Shown one piece after another: positions 47,694 to 57,966 of a stretch of 64,000 nucleotides of DNA (positions are counted from its first letter, which is position 1; every line of letters starts with the position of its first letter). Both the position numbers and the translations under genes were made by a program. Source of the DNA: a virus; IMG/VR virus record IMGVR_UViG_3300003690_003063, positions 32,001-96,000 of that record; one strand, given 5' to 3'. Below the pieces are notes generated by a model. It did no database searches. It saw only the letters and a list, made by a program, of their open reading frames with translations, and was not told the origin of the DNA.

Positions 47694-50600
47694 ATGGGAC
47701 TCAAATCACATCCTAATTTAGTAAGTATATGGAAAAAATACTGGGACGAGGTTTTGGTCCCTGCTTGCTGCCGAGCCTATTTAACAGACTATCTGAGTAG
47801 TGCTGCGATCATTAATCAGTTTGCAGATGATCCCACTAAGGGGTTTTTAAAGCCCAAATCTGAAATAAGAGGAGCTCCATTTACAGATGACGATTATGTG
47901 GGGCTTGTGACCCAGGACCAGTATAAACAAATAGAAGCTAAGATTAATCAGCTTTATAGCGGCACCGGAACAGAAACGGCTACTGCGGCTGTAAAAGCGT
48001 TCCGAGGCATGACGGTAAAACCTGCCATAGATCATAAAAATTGGTGGCCCGGGGGAGAATACAAATGGGAAGGCCTGTGGGTCACCATGGATGGCATGCA
48101 GGGGGTGGGACTTCATGATTATTTGCCGCGCCACACATCAACGAGTGCCGGCCCGGATAACAAGTCAGCTCAGTTATCCATTGCGGATATAATATTGGGT
48201 TCTGCACTGATGAGCGTGTCTAATATATTTAAATTTGGTTCCGATTCCATCACCGGTTTCGGTGCCGGCGCAAGGGGGAAGGATATAGTTGGTTCCGCGA
48301 TTGATGATCCATCGGGCTATATTATACTACATCCCAAAAAAGACAAACCGTCGGATCCAGACGACAACGATTATTCCCCTATTCCCACCACACAGGCGTG
48401 GGTGAATTCTCACGGCGGTTTTAAGATGCCTCTGTGGGCTAAGCATGTTAAAACATGGTCCGCCGTTAAAGCCTTACAACCTCAAACTGCTGGTAAACAT
48501 CTTGATAAGAAGTATAAACAGAATGATGCTTTAATCTTTTACACTCCCGGCGCCGGCAAGCATGCTAGGGAAATAGCTCCGTGGCAGGTAGAATTCATAG
48601 CGCGGATTGCTCGAAATCATGAAGAAGTTCTGGACACTTTGGTCGACGAGATCATTGACAATATTTTAGCTGATATCCTCGATGCCGATCCAAAGGGCTT
48701 TACGGCCGCCCCCCCTGCTCAGCCGGCCCGGCCGCCGGCAAGGAAGAAGGCCGGCCGAGAGGAAATGGGTAAGTATGGCTCTTTTTTGAAGCCATTTGAT
48801 TTACAGTGCTTCTTAATGGAAAACATTAATCTTTTATCAAGCACAAAAGAAGATGCCGATCCTTACAAATATTTGGGCAAACTTAATGGCCACAGTAAAC
48901 ATGACCAACCCGGTAATTTGGTGTCTTATATACAACACGCCAATCGAGATAGCGAGGTTCAAGCACTTTTGGAGACATGCCCAGATGTTTATGCTTTATT
49001 GTCTCCATATATTAGACTTTATCGCGTAGATTACAGAGGGGATAATACTCTTTATCCATTTCGAGAGACTGAAATACCTTTTCCCAATTTTATTGATCCA
49101 AAGGATATTTCGTTGATAGGGTCGGGCCTCCTCGGCCGTGTTCCGGGAGCCGGTATAAAGTCCTTTTCATGGTCTCTAGATGGTACGCAGCCCGCCGAAG
49201 TGGATTTTAATATCAGTGCTAATTTAACTGTACACTTTCAGACAATTCAGGACTTGTTCTCTTTGAATCGAGACCCTAATGGCATGTATCGCGCCGGTAT
49301 TGGGGGAGAAGATGAAGTCCCCGCGCCCGGCTATCTTGATTTGATAATCGGGTCCGGCACAAGTTTTCTGGAACAACCGGTTGAGATTAAAGAGAAGCCC
49401 CCAAGCAACGGCACCGTCTGTGATGTAGTGATGCAGGAGTATGATGGTGCGCGCTTTAGGATAAAAGTGGTTGTTGGGTGGAGTATCCCTACATTAAGCA
49501 GTATTTTAGATGCCACGAGCCTGACAGCCAAGCAGGCTCTTGCTTTTAAACACGCCATCGAAGAAACTAAAACAAGTCTGTATTTACAAATCACAGGTCA
49601 TCAACTAAATTTTAAAGACGATGGTGCACTGGAACTAAGTATTGATTATGTGGCCTCTTTGGATGGCATTATGGCTGCGAAAGATGCTGATATATTTGCG
49701 GGTGATACTACCTATACGGCTAAACGTAAAAGAGCCGAAGATGATCAAAAGGAAGCTAAGGAGGACGAGAAAAAGAAGAAGGAGGCCGCCAAACGCCACC
49801 GCGGCGGCGAGGAAACAGAGGACTCTGATACCGCAGCCGATGATGCTGAGGATTCCGTACTAGATAAGGCAAATAAAAAAGTAAAGGAGCTCGCATCGAA
49901 GGACAGGATGGCGCGCTATCGGCGCTTTTTGGGAATTTTGTATGACAAAAATAGAATTTATTCGGTTAAGATTTCTGCTGATATGTATCAACAAGGTCTT
50001 ATTAGTGGTCAGCAAAATCCTGAAAAACGCGCTGAAATGGCGCGCGTTCGAGTGGGGAAAGATCCTGCGAAGCGAGGGTTTGGTGAGCCCCAACAATCGA
50101 ATAACTTTGATTCCACACTTATGAAAGACCTAGCGTCGTTTTCCCGCACAAAAGGAGACACAGACAAGAACGCTTTAGAGGGCCCCGACGAATTCGATAA
50201 GTATGCGGAGCTGCAGATTAAAAAAGATGACGACGGCTCCGTTACGGTACCGTATTTTTATTTGGGAGACCTTATAGATGGTATTTTTGAATATATGAAC
50301 CATCTCCCGGTTGATGCCCAAGGGTATCATGGGAGCCTTCAATTTTTGTTGGGGGCTATGGAACTGATAGACCCCCTTCAGGCGTTTCAAGTAAAAGATA
50401 TTGAATTAGAGTGTGTAAACGCAAACGCAAAACGAGTAATTAGAGCTATTCAAGACGTAGATCCTCTAAGATTTAGTGGTCCGGGAAGTGGAATTACTTT
50501 TTCGATCAATATGGGAAGCATTCCTATTTCTTTACATTCTTTCCGAGAATGGTATGTACAGAATGTAGTTCGTTCGAATAGGGATAAATTTATGCTCTTA

Positions 50601-51386
50601 GATTTTGTGAAGCAAGTCTGCGCGAGTCTTGTTATAAAAGCTTTTAATGCTGTGTGCTTTCAAGATACGATTAGATATCATTTAAAATTCGACACTTCTC
50701 TGTTTGATCTTGCTGATTCTTATGTGGGACAAAATGCTACTGTGGACGAGGTAGCGGCCTCAAAAAAGAAGGCCGACACCCTCTCCCGTACCGCACTTGT
50801 CCCCGAAGTGAGGCCGAATATTCCTACCGTTATCCTCTATAGTGTTGATTCCCGCCCACGCACCGGCGATTATCAAGAAGATCTAGAGGCTGGTATATAT
50901 CATTATTATTTGGGAGCATCCTGCGGCCTCGCCAAAAATATTAAGTTCAACCGAATTGATTTTCCCGAGATGAGAGCAGCACGTATTACTAAGGATGGCT
51001 CACTGTCTGCCACCCAGCTTCGCGAATTATACATGGTGGACTTGGACTTAATTGGCAACACCCTCCACAAAACAGGTCAATACGTGTTTATTGAACCTAT
51101 AGGTGTTGGCCTTGGGTCGCTGAAGGCAGCTGGTACGATACCCAATTTAGCGCGCATTTTGGGGATTGGAGGGTATCACCTTATAAACTCTGTAAAGAGC
51201 GAAATTAGTGACGCCGGGTTTAATGTTTCAATCAGCGCTCAGCAGGAGGGAATGGCTTTTGATAACAATCGTATTATTTCTATAAATCGATGGCCCGAAA
51301 CGGCGCCAAAGATTAAAGACAAAAAAGGAAAGAGGAAGAAAGGTGGAGAGAAAGAAGAAGCGCCACTCCCTGCGGACGGTTCTTAG
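47694..51386 (+). CDS. Large baseplate hub-like protein
   Basis: 1230 aa; C-terminal DLIGNT...GQYVFI...LGIGGYHLI.SVKSEIS..GFNVSI resembles gp27/late-control-D C-termini; position. Confidence 0.6.
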   Translation: MGLKSHPNLVSIWKKYWDEVLVPACCRAYLTDYLSSAAIINQFADDPTKGFLKPKSEIRGAPFTDDDYVGLVTQDQYKQIEAKINQLYSGTGTETATAAVKAFRGMTVKPAIDHKNWWPGGEYKWEGLWVTMDGMQGVGLHDYLPRHTSTSAGPDNKSAQLSIADIILGSALMSVSNIFKFGSDSITGFGAGARGKDIVGSAIDDPSGYIILHPKKDKPSDPDDNDYSPIPTTQAWVNSHGGFKMPLWAKHVKTWSAVKALQPQTAGKHLDKKYKQNDALIFYTPGAGKHAREIAPWQVEFIARIARNHEEVLDTLVDEIIDNILADILDADPKGFTAAPPAQPARPPARKKAGREEMGKYGSFLKPFDLQCFLMENINLLSSTKEDADPYKYLGKLNGHSKHDQPGNLVSYIQHANRDSEVQALLETCPDVYALLSPYIRLYRVDYRGDNTLYPFRETEIPFPNFIDPKDISLIGSGLLGRVPGAGIKSFSWSLDGTQPAEVDFNISANLTVHFQTIQDLFSLNRDPNGMYRAGIGGEDEVPAPGYLDLIIGSGTSFLEQPVEIKEKPPSNGTVCDVVMQEYDGARFRIKVVVGWSIPTLSSILDATSLTAKQALAFKHAIEETKTSLYLQITGHQLNFKDDGALELSIDYVASLDGIMAAKDADIFAGDTTYTAKRKRAEDDQKEAKEDEKKKKEAAKRHRGGEETEDSDTAADDAEDSVLDKANKKVKELASKDRMARYRRFLGILYDKNRIYSVKISADMYQQGLISGQQNPEKRAEMARVRVGKDPAKRGFGEPQQSNNFDSTLMKDLASFSRTKGDTDKNALEGPDEFDKYAELQIKKDDDGSVTVPYFYLGDLIDGIFEYMNHLPVDAQGYHGSLQFLLGAMELIDPLQAFQVKDIELECVNANAKRVIRAIQDVDPLRFSGPGSGITFSINMGSIPISLHSFREWYVQNVVRSNRDKFMLLDFVKQVCASLVIKAFNAVCFQDTIRYHLKFDTSLFDLADSYVGQNATVDEVAASKKKADTLSRTALVPEVRPNIPTVILYSVDSRPRTGDYQEDLEAGIYHYYLGASCGLAKNIKFNRIDFPEMRAARITKDGSLSATQLRELYMVDLDLIGNTLHKTGQYVFIEPIGVGLGSLKAAGTIPNLARILGIGGYHLINSVKSEISDAGFNVSISAQQEGMAFDNNRIISINRWPETAPKIKDKKGKRKKGGEKEEAPLPADGS

Positions 51387-51452
51387 GGACGATTATTATC
51401 TTCATCCATCAAAAAATGAAAAGAGTTATATTTAGTAACGAGGGCGAATAAA

Positions 51453-52892
51453 ATGGCACACGACTATACACAATTTACTTTTCCCTACACTCTTAATGAG
51501 CTTGTTAACCCTCAAGGAAGAAACGCACTGGCAACCGGTGCTAAGTTTTTTCAGCGCACGATGTACAGAGAGGCCATTTATCCAGACCACGCGGCCCATC
51601 TTCCACGACCTTTAGATACGTGGTATGACAAAAATCTTTTTGGGCGCGTAGATAGGTGTCAAAATACTATAGTCCCAGTGGGAAGCAATTTAAAAACTGT
51701 TCGTAAAGCTGCTACCTCCAATATCTATTGTTTAAATTTTGTGGAGTTAGCTTTTGATGCTCTGGTTAGCCATATGGGAACTGCGGCCATAAACGGCTGT
51801 ATGTCGACAGAGGGCACGCCGGCCATCTGGGACATGAAGGCGGTTCGTGGGTATGTAGACCCTCATCAAAAGTACAAGGCTTTTCTGGACGGCTTAATCG
51901 ATGCGTTTGCTAACGAACATGTTGACACGGGGCAAAACATTATTAAAAATTTTGATGATTTTGTTCCCATATTCAAAAATTATATTTTGTATATTGCTCG
52001 TACCTATCCGATTACAAAAGAAAACTTTTTTCTTAGCAATGTTGTAAGCCCCTATATGACTGGGCTTAGCCTGGCAATTTCGAGACATTCCGCAGCCGAT
52101 GACGCCCCCAAATATCAAGACTATATTAACGATGTAAATTTTGACTATTATATAAAGTCTGCCAAGGAATACGGCTTTTTAGTTAATAAGAATATGCCAT
52201 GGGTATTGACAGCTGATCTTTTTACCAACGCGATACAACGTTATATGAACTATTATCTTTTTGGGGACCCCTCTGACCCTGTGGCACCCGATAAGACTAA
52301 CTTGTTCGAACTATATTATGATGAAGTATATCGGTCAGCTTTCGATAACTTGCGTTATGTATTCGCTTACGGTTATTATAGGTTCAGACAACAGAAGCCA
52401 CTTTATTCCGAGCGTAAGGTAATTTGGAAACAGTGTCACCCGGCCCCGGTGGGAGCGTCGCAGGGGCGAGTCATAGAGGGCTCCCTTACCGAGCATAATT
52501 TTTTTAGAAAGTACTATGGCGATATTACAGTGCTGGAAGGGATGCTTAAAGAGCAGTTTTTAATTGACCTCTATATCGATTTACGTCATATAGAGAGTAG
52601 AGAGAGTCACCCTTCTAAGTCAAATGTCAAAGCTCGTGCATATCAAGTATATGGCGCTCAATTGCCCACCGGGCAGGCGCCGATGCATGATGTCCTAGAA
52701 TTCGTTAACGAAGTTTATCGTATTTATCTTTATCCTTCTAACTATGGGGATATTAATCTTACAACAAACCTTGACAAATTGCTTATTTCCGATATAATGG
52801 ATACAGGAGTGGAGATAGCTGCCACACCAAGATGTACTAGTGCAACAGCCGCAGCCGTGGCAACACCTGGTGGTGGTTCTGGCTATCCGTAG
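51453..52892 (+). CDS. Hypothetical protein
   Basis: 479-aa ORF at the end of the structural block; no motif recognised. Confidence 0.6.
   Translation: MAHDYTQFTFPYTLNELVNPQGRNALATGAKFFQRTMYREAIYPDHAAHLPRPLDTWYDKNLFGRVDRCQNTIVPVGSNLKTVRKAATSNIYCLNFVELAFDALVSHMGTAAINGCMSTEGTPAIWDMKAVRGYVDPHQKYKAFLDGLIDAFANEHVDTGQNIIKNFDDFVPIFKNYILYIARTYPITKENFFLSNVVSPYMTGLSLAISRHSAADDAPKYQDYINDVNFDYYIKSAKEYGFLVNKNMPWVLTADLFTNAIQRYMNYYLFGDPSDPVAPDKTNLFELYYDEVYRSAFDNLRYVFAYGYYRFRQQKPLYSERKVIWKQCHPAPVGASQGRVIEGSLTEHNFFRKYYGDITVLEGMLKEQFLIDLYIDLRHIESRESHPSKSNVKARAYQVYGAQLPTGQAPMHDVLEFVNEVYRIYLYPSNYGDINLTTNLDKLLISDIMDTGVEIAATPRCTSATAAAVATPGGGSGYP
52771..52798 (+). promoter_or_regulatory. sigma70 consensus promoter embedded upstream of the replication block
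   Basis: TTGACA-N16-TATAAT. Confidence 0.6.
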
Positions 52893-52895
52893 CGC

Positions 52896-54092
52896 GTGAA
52901 AAGAGTGTTATTTCAAATTTTAGATTCTAAAGCTGACTGCGTGGGGTATTATGCAGACAATGCGATAAATGCGGGATTTCCTCCTCCTCTGACAGGTTCT
53001 ACGTGGGACTATTCTCCCCACCTCTCTGGAAATAACTATGAGATAGCTCGCATTTATGGAAGCGGCGCCACGCTAACCGACCTATGTCCTCCAGAAATGA
53101 AAGACGAATGGGTTAGCGTTAAAAAAACACTTAAATCATGTCTCAAAGCCTTTGACACAGCGTGCTTCTCAATGGAAGAGAATTGTTTTTATGATGCCGT
53201 GCCCGAATATTTTCTTTTTCAATACTTGAAAGCGAAAAATAAGATTACCCAACATATATTGGAAACCTACCAGCGTCCCGATAACTATGATTTTATGTAC
53301 AACTTAATTGAAATGCTATCTGATATTCGATCTCGCCCATTGGGTGTCGACATAGGTCCAATTGGACATTTGCTGAGCTCGGTGCGTGGTCAGAACTTTC
53401 AACGCACATTACAGCGCGCCAAACTTATTTGCGATTACAATCCTTGGGGCACCGTGACTGGACGCTTGACCACCCAGACGAATAGCTTTCCTATTTTAAC
53501 GATGAGTAAAGACTTTCGTTCGTGTATCCGCCCCCAGAATGACTGGCTCCTGGAGCTAGATTTTAATGCTGCTGAATTGAGAGTACTTTTGGCGCTCTGT
53601 GGTGCCAAACAGCCCACCAACGATATCCATGATTGGAATGTTAAAAATGTTTTTAAGGGCGCCATATCGCGGGAAGAGGCAAAGAAGAAAACGTTTGCGT
53701 GGCTCTATTCGCAGCGACCCAATGGCTCTTTGGAGCGTCTTTATGATAAGAATTTAGTGAGAAATAAGTATTGGGATGGCTGTAAAATTAAGACAGATTA
53801 TGGTAGAATTATAGAGAATGTGGACGCACACCACGCGCTCAATTATGTTGTACAAAGCACAACCATTGATATGGTGCACGAACAAGCGTATAAAATCTAT
53901 AAGCTTTTGAAAGGAAGAAAAAGCAATATTTCGTTTTTGATTCATGATGCAGTTTATATTGATCTGGATGATGAAGATCGCTATGAAATTTTAAATTTAC
54001 TTGACACTTTTAAGGATACACGGTACGGTTCCTTTAAGATCAACATTTCAGCAGGCAAGAACCTGGGTCAAATGAAAGAACTTAAGCTATGA
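52896..54092 (+). CDS. Minimal family A DNA polymerase-like protein
   Basis: TVTGRL, motif A LDFNAAELRVL, motif B R.EAK..TFAWLY, ALNYVVQST, motif C IHDAV. Confidence 0.8.
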   Translation: MKRVLFQILDSKADCVGYYADNAINAGFPPPLTGSTWDYSPHLSGNNYEIARIYGSGATLTDLCPPEMKDEWVSVKKTLKSCLKAFDTACFSMEENCFYDAVPEYFLFQYLKAKNKITQHILETYQRPDNYDFMYNLIEMLSDIRSRPLGVDIGPIGHLLSSVRGQNFQRTLQRAKLICDYNPWGTVTGRLTTQTNSFPILTMSKDFRSCIRPQNDWLLELDFNAAELRVLLALCGAKQPTNDIHDWNVKNVFKGAISREEAKKKTFAWLYSQRPNGSLERLYDKNLVRNKYWDGCKIKTDYGRIIENVDAHHALNYVVQSTTIDMVHEQAYKIYKLLKGRKSNISFLIHDAVYIDLDDEDRYEILNLLDTFKDTRYGSFKINISAGKNLGQMKELKL

Positions 54093-54409
54093 AAAAATTA
54101 TTATACCATAAATTAGTACGAGACCGAATCCCAGAGATTATTGAAGAGTCTGGGAAGGCCTTTAAAATACGCCAAGAAAGGGGTGATCGCTTAAAAGATT
54201 ATGCCATGCGAAAACTTCAAGAGGAGGTAATGGAGTTTGTAGAAAACCCTTGCGCCGAGGAAGCAGCTGACATTATGGAAATAATGAATTTTATTTGCTA
54301 CCGATTGAGCATTCATGATCATACTATTTTGGCTGAGGCAACTGCAAAGCGGGTCACCCGCGGCGGCTTTGATATGGGCTTTATTTTAGAGTGGGTGGAC
54401 GACTCATGA
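54089..54409 (+). CDS. MazG-like/PRA-PH nucleotide pyrophosphohydrolase
   Basis: KLVRDRIPEII, KLQEEVMEF, EEAADIMEI. Confidence 0.85.
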   Translation: MKKLLYHKLVRDRIPEIIEESGKAFKIRQERGDRLKDYAMRKLQEEVMEFVENPCAEEAADIMEIMNFICYRLSIHDHTILAEATAKRVTRGGFDMGFILEWVDDS

Positions 54410-55257
54410 AAATTATAGGCCTCGGGAAGGCAGGATGTAATCTTGCAAAGGCATTTTCAAAGTTCCCACAGTATGATACCTACAGGATTGATACCGATAA
54501 GGATGCGGACATCACCATTAAAGAACGACATAGCCACGAAGAATACGATGCCCACTTTCCAAGTCTGAAAAAAAAATTAAAGTTTACGGATGAAGAGGTG
54601 TGGGTTATAGCTTGCGGCGCGGGCAAAATCTCAGGGGGACTCCTTCGTCTCTTGGAACAACTTAAGGCCAACACCATTTATATTTTATATATCAAGCCTG
54701 AGTTGTCGTTACTGAGTGAGGTACAGACTATTCAGGAGAAGGTAGTGCGAAACGTCCTTCAAGAGTATGCACGTTCGGGACTCGTTGAGGCCATCTGGTT
54801 AATTGACAATCAATATGTTGAAGGGGGGCTTGGCGATATTCCCATTTTAGGGTATAATGATATTCTCAACCAGGCGATAGTCAACACCGTACACATGATA
54901 AACGTATTCAAGAACTCAGACCCTGTGATTGGCACCTTCATGACGCCCTCTAACCTGAGTCGCATCGGCACCGTGGGAATTTTGGATATTGAAAAAGAAG
55001 AAGAAAAATGGTTTTATCCCTTGACAAGCGTGCGTGATGTAGTATACTATTATGGTATCAACGAAGAACAACTGAGGGAAGACGGCACACTGTATAGAAG
55101 CATTACCAACTATGTTAAGTCCAAGCAAGATGAAAACTTGAATGTTTCATACGGCGTCTTCAAAACAACGTATGAACAAAAATATTGTTATTGCGTTAAG
55201 TATTCTTCTATGGTACAATCATATAAAGACTTACTAGACGATCAGGAGATTAGCTGA
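54406..55257 (+). CDS. Divergent tubulin/FtsZ-family protein
   Basis: IIGLGKAGCNLA (T1 loop), IDT, CGAGKISGG (degenerate signature), LIDN, LN.AI. Start at the ATG at 54406 (ATGA overlap). Confidence 0.7.
   Translation: MKIIGLGKAGCNLAKAFSKFPQYDTYRIDTDKDADITIKERHSHEEYDAHFPSLKKKLKFTDEEVWVIACGAGKISGGLLRLLEQLKANTIYILYIKPELSLLSEVQTIQEKVVRNVLQEYARSGLVEAIWLIDNQYVEGGLGDIPILGYNDILNQAIVNTVHMINVFKNSDPVIGTFMTPSNLSRIGTVGILDIEKEEEKWFYPLTSVRDVVYYYGINEEQLREDGTLYRSITNYVKSKQDENLNVSYGVFKTTYEQKYCYCVKYSSMVQSYKDLLDDQEIS
55021..55048 (+). promoter_or_regulatory. sigma70-type promoter inside the tubulin-like gene, upstream of SSB
   Basis: TTGACA-N16-TATACT. Confidence 0.5.
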
Positions 55258-55291
55258 TCGTACTATAACCCAACTATAAGGAGATAAAAAA

Positions 55292-56065
55292 ATGGGTATT
55301 AATTTAGACAAGATGAGAGAGAAGCTCTCATCACTACGTGGAGACGGAAACTCCTCAAATGACACTTTCTGGCGCCCCGAGGACGGGGACCAGACTATTA
55401 GAATCGTTCCGACATCGGACGGAGACCCCTTCAAGGAAATGTGGTTTCACTACAATGTCGAAAAGGGCGGTTTCTTATGTCCCAAGCGCAACTACAGTGA
55501 CGAGTGTCCTGTATGTGAGTTCGCCTCACAGTTGTGGCGCGAAGGGGCAGACAACAACGACGAACACAGCAAGAAGGTGGCAAAGTCCCTCTTCGTGCGA
55601 CAGCGTTTCTTCAGTCCCGTGATGGTTCGCGGCGAGGAAGAGCGAGGCGTCCGAGTATGGGGCTACGGTAAGACGGCGTATGAGAATCTTCTCACGCTCG
55701 TGCTTAACCCTGAGTATGGTGACATTACCGATACCGAAACTGGTACCGATCTCACTATGACCTACGGAAAGCCCCCCGGCGCTTCCTTCCCTCAGACGAA
55801 GCTTGTGCCGCGCCGGCGGTCTTCCCCTCTTTGCGAGGATCTGACGCCTGAGAAGTGCGTAGAGCTGCTGGATGCTATCCCAGATTTTACTGGGCTGTTT
55901 GAGCGAAAGACGACTGCGGACGTGCAGACGATTCTCGATAACTTTGTCAACTCTCAGGTTGACGATCCCGAGACGGTCAGTAGCGAGACCGAAAAGTATG
56001 GCAAGTCTGGCGATGGCGAAGCTAACGCTGTCGACGCAGCTTTCGCAGAGCTTGGAGCTCTCTAA
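55292..56065 (+). CDS. Single-stranded DNA-binding protein (gp32-like)
   Basis: FWRP..G.QTIRIVP, HY...CP...CPVC zinc site, VWGYGK, G.DL, acidic C-terminus. Confidence 0.85.
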   Translation: MGINLDKMREKLSSLRGDGNSSNDTFWRPEDGDQTIRIVPTSDGDPFKEMWFHYNVEKGGFLCPKRNYSDECPVCEFASQLWREGADNNDEHSKKVAKSLFVRQRFFSPVMVRGEEERGVRVWGYGKTAYENLLTLVLNPEYGDITDTETGTDLTMTYGKPPGASFPQTKLVPRRRSSPLCEDLTPEKCVELLDAIPDFTGLFERKTTADVQTILDNFVNSQVDDPETVSSETEKYGKSGDGEANAVDAAFAELGAL

Positions 56066-56074
56066 TAATCCCCC

Positions 56075-56358
56075 CCACAGGGAGGCATAGGGTCATCAGG
56101 TGTCTCACCCATAGAAAGGAAGAATTATGACTATTGAAACAAATCTACTTGAGCAGCTGATCACGCTTCTTGAGGAAACTCGCGAAGACCACGAAAAGTT
56201 TTTTGAACGTAGCAACAATGCTGCTGGAACTCGTATACGTAAGGCAATGCAAGAAGTGAAGACTTTGGCTCAGGATCTTCGCATTGAAGTTCAAGAGGCC
56301 AAAAACACAGAGTAAAGCCTTGAAAACCGCAGGGAGGCATGGGGATACAGATGCCTCA
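56075..56358 (+). repeat. Two copies of a ~32-nt hairpin element (56075-56107, 56327-56358) flanking the Hc1-like gene
   Basis: ccRcagggaggcatRggg...cagRtgYctca, with a GAGGCAT/RTGYCTC stem. Confidence 0.7.
56127..56315 (+). CDS. Histone H1-like Hc1-family small protein
   Basis: EKFFERSNNAAGTRIRKAMQEVKTLAQDLRIEVQ fits the Hc1 N-terminal domain pattern. Confidence 0.75.
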   Translation: MTIETNLLEQLITLLEETREDHEKFFERSNNAAGTRIRKAMQEVKTLAQDLRIEVQEAKNTE

Positions 56359-56380
56359 ACTTTACGAAAAGGGAGAAAGA

Positions 56381-56869
56381 GTGAAAAATATTATAGAGAA
56401 ACTTCAGCAACTTAATATTGGACCCGATGATTACGTTTATCTTAACTACGTTGATCGCGCCGATGTATGGCACATTTCTGATGATTATGTTGAGGAAGCC
56501 CTAGGGGAAACAAGCACTGCTAGTAAGTTAGCGGGCCTTTTATCCAGACCTGGTGTGAGAGTTTATTCGCGTTATGAAGAAGACATACTAGAGTTGATGC
56601 GCGACAACGATCTATTAGAAGATTATGATCGGGAGGGATGGTTTGAAAAATATCTCACGGAAACCCTCATAACACAGGCGTATGAGTATGATCTATTGAC
56701 TGTTTCTACAGAGCGGCACGACCACAAGCGCGGCACGTGTGAGATTTCCGCCAACGTTAAGGTGAGGGCTGAAGATATTTACCATCTTGGTGACGAAGCT
56801 AACGCTTTTGTGCAAGATTTTGATGTTGTAGTTCAAACCGAGAACGGCGTCTTGCTGGTGGCAGTTTAA
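56381..56869 (+). CDS. Acidic hypothetical protein
   Basis: Likely GTG start at 56381 after a GGGAG SD (the track gives 56339). Confidence 0.6.
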   Translation: MKNIIEKLQQLNIGPDDYVYLNYVDRADVWHISDDYVEEALGETSTASKLAGLLSRPGVRVYSRYEEDILELMRDNDLLEDYDREGWFEKYLTETLITQAYEYDLLTVSTERHDHKRGTCEISANVKVRAEDIYHLGDEANAFVQDFDVVVQTENGVLLVAV

Positions 56870-56883
56870 ACAGGAGGGCCCTC

Positions 56884-57945
56884 ATGGCAAAAAGTAAATC
56901 AAAAGCAGGCAAGATTTCAATTGATGGTTTGAGGACTCTTATTAATAAGACATCTGGCTTGGAGGTTGCTCACAATCTAAATGAAGCAAACCCAACCGAA
57001 GTAAAGGAATGGATTCCCACTGGCTCCCGCTGGTTGGATTCTATTGTTTGTAGAGGGCGCCTCGCCGGCATCCCCATCGGTAAATTTACGGAGATCGCTG
57101 GTTTGGAGTCAACCGGCAAATCTTTTATGGCCGCACAGATCGCCGGTAATGCCCAGAAGATGGGGCTGAATGTTATCTATATGGATTCCGAATCGGCGAT
57201 TGACCCAGGCTTCCTTGAACGCGCCGGCTGCGACATAAACGAACTCATTTATGTTCAGGCCCAGTCAGTTGAGCATGTACTAGAAACTGTTGAGAACGTT
57301 TTGAAGTCAGGAGCAGAAAGAACTTTATTCATCTGGGACTCCTTGGCCATGACTCCAACCATCACAGATGTGGAAGGGGACTTTAATCCTCAATCCACAA
57401 TGGCGATGAAGGCGCGCATACTTTCAAAGGGAATGTCCAAGCTGACCATCCCCATCGCCAATACCAAGTCTGCTCTCTTGGTTCTGAACCAACTGAAGAC
57501 CAACATCCCACAGGGGCCAAACGCGCGCATCGTCGCAATGACGACACCGTTTGTTACCCCGGGTGGAAAGGCTATGCACTATGTATACTCGCTGCGTATT
57601 TGGTTGACGGGACGCAAGGCGAAGTCCGCTTTCATCGAGGATGATAGTGGCTTCCGCATCGGCTCCGAGGTGAAGGTTAAACTGGAGAAGTCTCGCTTCG
57701 GAACGCAAGGGCGCAATTGTGCGTTCAAGATTCTATGGGGTACTGACGAGGTGGGCATCCAAGACCAAGAGAGCTGGCTGGAAGCCATCAAGGGCTCCGA
57801 CAATCTCAAGCAAGCTGGTGCTTGGTTCTCTCTGGTCCATAAGGACGGTAAAGAAGAGAAGTTCCAGAGCGCTCATTGGATTGAAAAGCTTAAAGACAAG
57901 AAGTTCAAAAGCGCGAAGGAAGCGCTGCGGATTTCTACGACGTAG
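56884..57945 (+). CDS. recA: RecA/UvsX recombinase; extreme C-terminus possibly frameshifted
   Basis: IPTGS..LD, EIAGLESTGKS Walker A, DSE.A.D, IWDS, LNQ, TPGGKA, KSR, QAGAWF. Confidence 0.92.
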   Translation: MAKSKSKAGKISIDGLRTLINKTSGLEVAHNLNEANPTEVKEWIPTGSRWLDSIVCRGRLAGIPIGKFTEIAGLESTGKSFMAAQIAGNAQKMGLNVIYMDSESAIDPGFLERAGCDINELIYVQAQSVEHVLETVENVLKSGAERTLFIWDSLAMTPTITDVEGDFNPQSTMAMKARILSKGMSKLTIPIANTKSALLVLNQLKTNIPQGPNARIVAMTTPFVTPGGKAMHYVYSLRIWLTGRKAKSAFIEDDSGFRIGSEVKVKLEKSRFGTQGRNCAFKILWGTDEVGIQDQESWLEAIKGSDNLKQAGAWFSLVHKDGKEEKFQSAHWIEKLKDKKFKSAKEALRISTT

Positions 57946-57966
57946 ATAAGAAATAGAAAAGAACCA

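Noticed and set aside
54001-54029. TTGACA near the polymerase 3' end as a promoter
   Set aside because: The -10 candidate (TACGGT) is weak, so it was not called.
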